Below are positions 55,062-64,000 of a stretch of 64,000 nt of DNA, piece by piece. The stretch is from Eledone cirrhosa (Eukaryota), in the NCBI GenBank assembly GCA_964016885.1, contig OZ024740.1:106950001-107014000 (forward strand), given 5' to 3'. Position numbers and translations under genes: made by a program. Each line of letters opens with the position of its first letter. The stretch's first letter is position 1. The notes beneath the pieces were generated by a model, which did not search any database, was not told the DNA's origin, and worked only from the letters and a program-made list of their open reading frames with translations.

Positions 55062-55399
55062 GTATGTATATATATATGTGTGTGTGTGTTATTTCGTTTT
55101 TATATTTAAATACCTTCTTTTGAAAAGTGACAAGTGCATTCAGGTTCTACGACTTGAAAGAATAATATAATTCTCTTAAGTGTTATATTTCATTTTGTCT
55201 ACACTCTGCAATTAAGAGAAATTTGTTAAGACAGCATAGAGGGTTGGGTAGGGGAAATGTTAATGTACAGGCCTGCCTTTGTATCTAATTTTGGGCTGTG
55301 AATTATTATTTTGTAAAGCTAAGTATAACAGGGACGTAGAATACTCGAGCGTTTTGTGAACTCCAGAAGGATGTCTCTTCTTGTAATATATATGTGTAT

Positions 55400-57240
55400 A
55401 TGCTGATTGCTACTTCTTGTCAGAAGAATGCCACCTCTTCATTGACCATTACACGATCATGTGCACACAGGTGTGTTTTCAGACCCGCTTTTGTTTTGCA
55501 GGCACGTTCACAAATGTGACACTTGAACTAGTTATCTCCTGGAAATACTCCTGGCTGTGTCTTCATGCATTTTCCTATGTCTGCACTAAGCCGCACTCAC
55601 TGCAAATGTACAGTGAAGTGTGTGACTTGATTTCTCCTTGGCTCGTCTGATTTCAGATGGTTGACAAATCCAGCTCTTGTCAGAAGAGCCACATACATTA
55701 CACCTAGATTTCTGCTGGATGTTGCATGCACTGTACTTGAGTCTCTCCCAGTTCTACATATCAATCTTTAGAGCTTTAAGATTGTCTTTTATGACATCCT
55801 TAAACTGCTTCTTTGGTTTATGATGTGGTCTTTTTCCTCTGGTCAGCTCCCTATAAAATAACCGTTTAGGCAGCCATCCATCTTCCATCCTGACCACATG
55901 ACCAACCCAGCGCATTTAGTTTATAATAATCCTCCTCTCAATACTAGTGCTACCTGCTTTCTCAAGTACTGCGGTATCAGGTGTGTAAAAGGACAGTTGA
56001 TGTTCAGGATGTGTCGGATATAATGCGTCGGAAATCTTTCTAACTGCCTGATATGATACCTGTAAGTTGTCCACGTTTCGCACCCATATAGCAGGGCAGT
56101 AAGAACACAGGCCTCATACACAGACAGCTATGTTTCTCATGATACTCCATATAGCAGGGCAGTAAGAACACAGGCCTCGTACACAGACAGCTTTGTTTCT
56201 CATGATACTCCATATAGCAGGGCAGTAAGAACACAGGCCTCGTACACAGACAGCTTTGTTTCTCATGATACTCCATATAGCAGGGCAGTAAGAACACAGG
56301 CCTCGTACACAGACAGCTTTGTTTCTCATGATACTCCATATAGCAGGGCAGTAAGAACACAGGCCTCGTACACAGACAGCTTTGTTTCTCATGATACTCC
56401 ATATAGCAGGGCAGTAAGAACACAGGCCTCATACACAGACAGCTTTGTTTCTCATGATACTCCCATTTGACCAGATTCGCTTCTCAAGCTTCCCGGAGGC
56501 AAAACTCGCTTTCGCAATCTTGTGATTTATTTATTTATTTCAGCAACGATGGTACCATCTCTGCTAAGTGTATTTCCGAGATACACAAAGCTGTCAACTA
56601 CCTCAAGTATTTTTCCTCTGGTGAAAATGCCTAGCTTTACATACACTTCCCCATCTGGTGGAGTGTACACAACCTTTTTATACTAATATTTAGCCTAATG
56701 AGCCTAATGAGAAGGTCTCCAATATCAACTGCATGTCCTCTACTGTGTGAGCCACAAAATCTGCATCATCAGCATACGAGAACTCCCTATCAAGAGTTTT
56801 GGACTTGGTGTTAAACTGATTTTACCAGGGATTCTAATTCGCAAGTATACACCGATTTTGAAATCTTGGAAGACATATGTCAGCAGCACGGCAAAGTAAA
56901 TGGAGAACAGAATGGGTACAGATATGTCGCCTTGCTTGACACTGTTTTCCACTGAAATTGGCTCTTAAAGTGTCTCATTGAAGTTCACTTTTGCTTTCAT
57001 ATTTTGATGGATGGTTCTGAATATTCCAGCAAACTCATGAGAGCATCCAAGTTTCCCCAATATGACCCACAATGCACTATGATTAACAGTATCAAAGGCT
57101 TTGGTAAGGTCCCCAAATACTTGGTATAGTGACACTTGCTGCTCAACACACTTCTTAGCTGACGGGCTGAGAAAATCATGTCCATAGTACTCCGCCCAGC
57201 TCTGAATCCACTGTGGGTCTCAGGGATGGCACCAGGGAAG
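55400..57240 (-). mobile_element. Decayed RTE-like LINE (RT domain)
   Basis: DMIFSARQL, DLTKAFDTVN, VKQGD..PILFSIYF, YADDA, YLGN, VLTALLYGCETWT, WVGHVVRMEDG; frameshifted. Confidence 0.9.
56085..56465. repeat. 63-bp minisatellite (about 6 copies) born inside LINE coding sequence
   Basis: Unit CCATATAGCAGGGCAGTAAGAACACAGGCCTCGTACACAGACAGCTTTGTTTCTCATGATACT. Confidence 0.93.
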
Positions 57241-57489
57241 ATCCATTTTATTAGACGGTTCAGCAGTGTCTGTGTATATATATATATATGTGTGTGTCTG
57301 TGTCCGTATGTCTGTATTTGTGTGTCTGTGTCTATCTGTATGTGTGGCTGTGCGTGTGCGCGTGTGTGTGTGTTTTGTGCGTATGTGTGCGTGTGTGTGA
57401 TTGTTTACTTTTACGTTTCTCAGCAACTACTAGCTTCTCAAAGCTATCTTGATAACTTGGTAGTTTCGGTGAAACCTCGAAGTAAACAA

Positions 57490-57700
57490 TCATTGTAGAG
57501 CAAAGTGACAAGATGCACCATCTTGTTGAAACACTATATTCTCTATTAGATCTAACTGGCCATGCTTAGGAATAAAGCAATTTTGAAGCATTTCTAAATA
57601 GCTATCACCATTAACAACATGCCATTCAAATATGAAGGGTCCTATGATTTGATTCTTTTTCAAAAGCACACCAGACATTAACTTTAGAAAAATCTACTCC
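57490..57700 (-). mobile_element. Inverted Tc1/mariner transposase fragment
   Basis: IIGPFIF..VNGDSYLEMLQN..VFQQDGASCH; homologous to about 58715-58890. Confidence 0.8.
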
Positions 57701-57870
57701 AACAATGGAAACTTTACTAAATTTTATGATGAATAAAATAAATTTATGTTCACACTTCTTTATCTTTTAAAAATATACTAAAAACATACAACTAGAATTA
57801 CGATGTAAAATTATAATAAAAAAATACGATGTACAAACTTTATACCCTCACATTCGTAGTTTAAACTCAT

Positions 57871-57910
<40 letters not shown>

Positions 57911-57970
57911 ATGCCTACCCAAATTGAAGTGTGTCTTATAAGCCCATGCGTCCTAAATGGCATCAAATAA

Positions 57971-59315
57971 GGTGCCCATAAAGTCCATGTGCAATTTAAA
58001 ATACTTGTAGTTTTTTAACTATACTTGATAGAAACAATCTGTAAAATAGATGAAAAATCTTGATATATCTATTTGTTTTAGTCTTTAGAAACTTTATTTA
58101 TTACTTTTTACCAATTATTTTATTTCTTGAAACTTAAAAATGACTTATTTTTCAGAACAACTGTTGAGCCATGTTTTCACCAGAAGAGGAAGTAAACTGC
58201 GTTCTTTGGTTGATTCAACTAAAATCTACCATCGCTGTCCAAAGAAGATTTGGAACTTGTTACAAGCATCACACAGGAATTCCGTATCCAAGGGGATAAA
58301 GAAATTTAAAGAAACAGCTTCTGTCAATGATAAGCCACGGTCTAGTAAACTATCTGTTAGTGAAGAAACTGTAACATCTGTAGAACAAGAGTTTGTGGAA
58401 ATTCCAAGAATAACATTAAGACGGGCATCTTTATAAAGATGAGGCTTTCAAAATATACTGTGCATAAGATTCTTCGTTAAAAAAAAACTTCACATGAAAG
58501 TGTATAAAATCCAAATACATCAAATGCTGTTAAAAGAGGATGATCATGCATCTGTCATCAGTTCAATAAAAAAAATTAAAATCGAATATTCATTTTTGAA
58601 TATTTTAATATTCTCCGATGAAGCAACATTCCACATTAGTGGCAAAGTCAACAGGCATAATTGCTGTATTTAGGAAACTGAAAATCCACGTAAATCTGTT
58701 GAACATAAAATAGGTTCTCCTAAAGTTAATGTCTGGTGTGCTTTGGGAAAAATCGAATCATGGGGCCAGTCTTTTTTGGAGAGCGTGTTGTTAATGGTGA
58801 TAGCTATTTATAAATACTTCACAATTACTTTAGTCCTAAACTTGACCAAGTTAGATCTGATAGAGAATATAGATGGTGCACCTTATCACTTCAACAAGTA
58901 AGGCAGTTTCTAAACGAAAAATTCCCTAACAGATGGACTGGAATAGGTGGACCATTATATTGGCATCCACGATCCCCGGACTTCTTTTTATGGGCACATG
59001 TGAAAAGCAATGTTTATTCAACCAATCCCCGGTCGTTAGAGGACTCGAAAGCTAGGATAATTGATTTCGTTGATGGTATTATTAAAAATCAACTGGGGAA
59101 TGTTTTCCGAGAAGTACAGAATCATATAACTCTTTGTCATGAAAAACGTACAACTAGAATTACGATATAGAATAATAATAAACAAAATACGAAAATTAAC
59201 AATTACACTACGAATTTAAATATTTCTTCTTATCCTTTTTACAGATTGTTTCTATCACGTATAGTTACAAAACTACAACTATTTTAAATTGTACGCGGAC
59301 TTTATGGGCATCCTG
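57971..59315 (+). mobile_element. Decayed Tc1/mariner DNA transposon with ~75-bp TIRs
   Basis: TIRs GTGCCCATAAAGTCC..CTGTAAAA / TTTTACAG..GGACTTTATGGGCATCCTG-TA. Remnants KFKETASV.DKPRS, IFSDEATFHISGKVNRHN, DGAP.H, WHPRSP, FLWAHVK. Confidence 0.88.
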
Positions 59316-60306
59316 TATATATAGAGAGAGGTGGGGTAGAAACTCTATAATACGGCGGCGGCAACCTGATGACCCTTGTTCTTTTGCTTTAAAGGTTATG
59401 TTTGAATTTTAATTTATATCTTGTGTGGAATGTGTATGGTGGGTGGAGTTAATTGAGGATTACGGTTTGTGTTTGATTGAGTTCAAGGATAACATTAGTA
59501 TGCATTAGAATGATGTAGGTTGTTTACACTCAAGTTAAAGCAACTAATGGCCATATACTATTATGTATGTGTATATATATATATATATATACTTCATTTT
59601 TGTATTTATTTTGTACGTTTTTGTATTTATGTTGTACATGTGTGGAAATCAATTTTACAAATAAATACGAACGTTCTTATTTTAGCGCCTGCAAAGTTGA
59701 ACACAAACAAATGAAAAGAAACTAGAGTTGTTCAAAATTACCAAAAACATGCTTATACATAACAGTAGAAGAAGCATAAAGTGGAGAGAAAATCAGTTAC
59801 AGAATCATGAAAAGAGAAATCATTGAAAAACCCATATTAGTGTTATGAAGGATTTGTATATATAGTAAAAAAATAAGACTGAAGCGAACTACGGTTAGTG
59901 TGTGCGTTTACCTATATATATATGTGTGTGTGGTTCAATCAGGAGTAACCACAGTAAGTAAGGTACTCAATACATTAGCAGAGTATACATATTTAATATA
60001 GAAATGGCTTCTACGGAACTAGAACTGTTTCATTCGAAGGAAATCATCAAGAAAGCCGACTGTCAATGTGATATGGGGGTATTTATACATTTTCTGCTGG
60101 TAGGGGAAGGTGGAATTGAGATGGGTGGAGTCATTGGCTGAAAGATTTAAAGAATGGGCGGGTTCTTTGAAAAAACTATACTTAGGGAAAAATACATAGT
60201 GATACAGAATGATACAAATGCAGGCACTCCTAATTTTCAACGTTCATTTATTCGAAGCAAACAAGTGGCTGAATTAACATGCTCTGTTAAAATCAGCAAT
60301 ATACAT

Positions 60307-60356
<50 letters not shown>

Positions 60357-60358
60357 AG

Positions 60359-60444
<86 letters not shown>

Positions 60445-60505
60445 TCGTAGCCGACACTGACTAGACTCTAATTCTGTCGATCGATTGGTTATTGATTAGG
60501 CGAAA

Positions 60506-60616
60506 CCCGCTGATGAAGTCACATGCGCCGATTATGCATTCTTGTATAATATATGCGGACAGAAGGTGCAGTGCACTTTACTTCTGTTTTAAGTGTGGCC
60601 GAAACTCGGGTTCGGG
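60506..60616 (+). ncRNA. Type I hammerhead motif with long stem II
   Basis: CCCG-CTGATGA-AGTCACAT...GTGTGGCC-GAAA-CTCGGG-TT-CGGG. Confidence 0.65.
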
Positions 60617-61410
60617 AATAATTGAAGGCACCCGTTTACGTGTGTTATATCGAAGTGAATAACTATATGTATACTCTGGGAGTTTATTTAACATTACCTA
60701 TTGAGTACGTTGAGATGTAACTGGTCCTAGCAGTGATACCCATGCTAGTTCCGTCAACTTATTATATATATATATATGTATGTATATATATATTTAGAAA
60801 CACACAGATACATGCGGACACACACATATATACATGAATGCATCCGCACCCAACTGTGAGTTAAGGGTGCCAACTTCACCGATGTTGTTCAATGAATGAC
60901 TGGGACAGACCAATTCAGTTTGAACCAGACTGAACCAGTATCAGAGTTAAAAATACATTATGAAGAGAGAAGAAACATTTAGATATAATTAGTAATAAAA
61001 TGTATCATACCTAAACTGCTCCTAAATTCCTCGACTACGTAGTTTCGTGGCATAAACAAAAACAATATATCAAAGATATAGAGTCCTTGCGAGGTCTATA
61101 TGTATATATGTGTGTGTCCGCATGTATCTGTGTGTTTCTAAATATATTAATAACTCCCTCTGGTCGAGCAATCTTTGAAGTGTGGGGACAACTGGAAAGC
61201 TCCCATTACTCATACTTCTCGCCTTCTTCACTACCTCTTCTACGGCCTCGATATGAATACCCCCTCCGCCTCCGTGGTATTTTCTTCGTGGTTATAAGAG
61301 GCTTAGCTCTGTTTCTCGACCGTTATATCGCGTGACTATCTCCCCCTCCGCCTTTTGGGATTCTTTCTCACGTCGTGTAGACGCGTTCTTGAGACTAGTA
61401 AAATGAGGTA

Positions 61411-61498
61411 TCCTCTTGATAAGTTGGCAGACCTCGCAAGGACTCTATATCTTTGATATATTGTTTTTGTTTATGCCACGAAACTACGTAGTCGAGGA
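61411..61498 (+). ncRNA. Type I hammerhead ribozyme, U3-A8 core (unit 1)
   Basis: TCCTC-TTGATAA-GTTGGCA...TGCCAC-GAAA-CTACGTAG-TC-GAGGA; predicted cleavage after 61493. Confidence 0.82.
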
Positions 61499-62001
61499 AT
61501 TTAGGAGCAGTTTAGGTATGATACATTTTATTACTAATTATATCTAAATGTTTCTTCTCTCTTCATAATGTATTTTTAACTCTGATACTGGTTCAGTCTG
61601 GTTCAAACTGAATTGGTCTGTCCCAGTCATTCATTGAGCAACATCGGTGAAGTTGGCACCCTTAACTCACAGTTGGGTGCGGATGCATTCATGTATATAT
61701 GTGTGTGTCCGCATGTATCTGTGTGTTTCTAAATATATTAATAACTCCCTCTGGTCGAGCAATCTTTGAAGTGTGGGGACAACTGGAAAGCTTCCATTAC
61801 TCATACTTCTCGCCTTCTTCACTACCTCTTCTACGGCCTCGATATGAATACCCCCTCCGCCTCCGTGGTATTTTCTTCGTGGTTATAAGAGGCTTAGCTC
61901 TGTTTCTCGACCGTTATATCGCGTGACTATCTCCCCCTCCGCCTTTTGGGATTCTTTCTCACGTCGTGTAGACGCGTTCTTGAGACTAGTAAAATGAGGT
62001 A

Positions 62002-62089
62002 TCCTCTTGATAAGTTGGCAGACCTCGCAAGGACTCTATATCTTTGATATATTGTTTTTGTTTATGCCACGAAACTACGTAGTCGAGGA
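62002..62089 (+). ncRNA. Type I hammerhead ribozyme, U3-A8 core (unit 2)
   Basis: Identical to unit 1, offset +591. Confidence 0.82.
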
Positions 62090-62592
62090 ATTTAGGAGCA
62101 GTTTAGGTATGATACATTTTATTACTAATTATATCTAAATGTTTCTTCTCTCTTCATAATGTATTTTTAACTCTGATACCGGTTCAGTCTGGTTCAAACT
62201 GAATTGGTCTGTCCCAGTCATTCATTGAGCAACATCGGTGAAGTTGGCACCCTTAACTCACAGTTGGGTGCGGATGCATTCATGTATATATGTGTGTGTC
62301 CGCATGTATCTGTGTGTTTCTAAATATATTAATAACTCCCTCTGGTCGAGCAATCTTTGAAGTGTGGGGACAACTGGAAAGCTTCCATTACTCATACTTC
62401 TCGCCTTCTTCACTACCTCTTCTACGGCCTCGATATGAATACCCCCTCCGCCTCCGTGGTATTTTCTTCGTGGTTATAAGAGGCTTAGCTCTGTTTCTCG
62501 ACCGTTATATCGCGTGACTATCTCCCCCTCCGCCTTTTGGGATTCTTTCTCACGTCGTGTAGACGCGTTCTTGAGACTAGTAAAATGAGGTA

Positions 62593-62680
62593 TCCTCTTG
62601 ATAAGTTGGCTGACCTCGCAAGGACTCTATATCTTTGATATATTGTTTTTGTTTATGCCACGAAACTACGTAGTCGAGGA
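62593..62680 (+). ncRNA. Type I hammerhead ribozyme, U3-A8 core (unit 3)
   Basis: As unit 1, with one substitution at the distal end of stem II (GGCA to GGCT). Confidence 0.8.
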
Positions 62681-62752
62681 ATTTAGGAGCAGTTTAGGTA
62701 TGATACATTTTATTACTAATTATATCTAAATGTTTCTTCTCTCTTCATAATG

Positions 62753-62792
<40 letters not shown>

Positions 62793-62794
62793 CA

Positions 62795-62830
<36 letters not shown>

Positions 62831-62953
62831 GCGTAAGTGGTTCAGTGAATTACTGGTGTTTGTACCAAAGCAAGTACTCAATGCACAGACAGAGTGTATA
62901 TATCATAAAAACGAGAAAGTTTCGTTTAGATGTAAAATATATTTGTGTATCAA

Positions 62954-63043
62954 CCTGTTACGTGCGTTTCGCAGAGGATTGGGTCAAGGTCACCCATAGG
63001 GGTTATGGGCACGACTCTACTATCGATCTGCTCTTCAGACTGG
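62954..63043 (-). ncRNA. Type I hammerhead motif (canonical core)
   Basis: CCAGT-CTGAAGA-GCAGA...TCTGC-GAAA-CGCACG-TA-ACAGG; one mismatch in stem I. Confidence 0.7.
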
Positions 63044-63414
63044 CGATGTGACATATCTGTATGAAACTCGAGTAATATGTCGCAAGATCTCTCTGAAGTT
63101 CGGAGTTTATGCCACAAGGTATCTATGAAACTCGGAAAATATGTTCCAGAGTATCTACAAGTAGGTACCAGTATCAAAACTTTTGTTATATTTTCTGCCA
63201 AAGCTGATTTTAACTTGATGCCATGAGATATGAAGAAACTGCGTCTTAAATTTCACAGAGGTCACTTATTAGCTTCTTAGCGTTTATTTGGTAAGAAAAT
63301 TGAGAAATTGTTTCTACATAAATATATTTATTTAAACTTTAAACTTAAATATTTGGGTAAATATGTTCTCTAAAACTTTTATGGTGGATTTAGTAAAACC
63401 AGATGTTTAATAAA

Positions 63415-63560
63415 TGATGGTGGTTTGGGTGGTGGCGGCGGTAGTGGGGGTGGTGTTGGTGGTGGTGGCGGTTTTGGTGGTGGTGGCGGCGGCGGCGGCG
63501 GCGGTGGTGGTGGTGGCGGTGGTGGTGGTGGTGGTGTTGCTGCTGTTGCTGGTGATGGTA
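63415..63560. repeat. (GGT)n/(GGC)n trinucleotide repeat
   Basis: Visible directly; source of the poly-G/H/T pseudo-ORFs. Confidence 0.9.
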
Positions 63561-63684
63561 TTTACGATACCAATAAAACAGTGTGTAGCATAACAGCATA
63601 CAAATATGCAACATGTTGCCTTTGACACCATGTGCATTATATGACTGCGTGCAATATCATAAAATGTGCGGTAATACAGTATTT

Positions 63685-63990
63685 ATCGTATAACAGTATG
63701 TGCAATATAACAGTATGTGCAATATAATAGTGTGTGCACTATAACAGTATGTGCAATATAACTGTATGTGCAATATAACAGTATGTGCAATATAACAGTG
63801 TGTGCACTAAACAGTATGTGCAATATAACTGTATGTGCAATATAACAGTATGTGCAATATAACAGTGTGTGCACTATAACAGTATGTGCAATATAACTGT
63901 ATGTGCAATATAACAGTATGTGCACTATAACAGTATGTGCACTATAACAGTATGTGCAATATAACAGTATGTGCACTATAACAGTATGTT
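63685..63990. repeat. 17-bp minisatellite
   Basis: Unit ATAACAGTATGTGCAAT with variants. Confidence 0.92.
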
Positions 63991-64000
63991 TACTATGAAG

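Larger units (their letters stand above)
60789..62755 (+). mobile_element. Retrozyme-like / PLE pseudo-LTR tandem array: about 2.8 x 591 bp plus an inverted partial copy
   Basis: Period 591 (ORF-track 61699/62290). 60789-61097 is the reverse complement of about 61429-61737. No RT coding. Flanked by (TA)n. Confidence 0.85.

Noticed and set aside
61087-61335. 75-82 aa ORF repeated in the 591-bp units
   Set aside because: No recognisable motif, and it starts in low-complexity sequence; its recurrence only reflects the duplication.
63390-63637. Poly-His, poly-Gly and poly-Thr ORFs
   Set aside because: Trinucleotide repeat with no exon support.

Overview
AT-rich eukaryotic (animal) genomic DNA, probably cephalopod/octopus; this is inferred from the SINE and Penelope-like repeat content and is not proven. 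One host gene can be reconstructed on the minus strand: a secreted GH18 chitinase-like protein with 9 coding exons (46353->6988), all GT-AG and in phase. Its catalytic DxDxE motif is altered to DLCWL, so it is probably a non-hydrolytic chi-lectin, and a predicted alternative last acceptor would add a 6-Cys tail. The rest is repeats: a 46-bp satellite with a 1966-bp higher-order period, long (TA)n/(CA)n tracts, SINEs, Tc1/mariner relics and MITEs, RTE-like LINE fragments, a truncated Ty3/Gypsy element, and many Penelope-like element (PLE) remnants with inverted pseudo-LTRs. The main hidden signal is about 20 type I hammerhead ribozyme (HHR) motifs found by eye. Several unrelated families carry a compensatory U3-A8 core (UUGANAA), including a 591-bp non-coding tandem array with one HHR per unit (retrozyme-like) at 61.1-62.8 kb. 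Six HHR motifs lie in sense orientation inside the gene's 27-kb intron. Nearly all short ORFs in the track are microsatellite artefacts.
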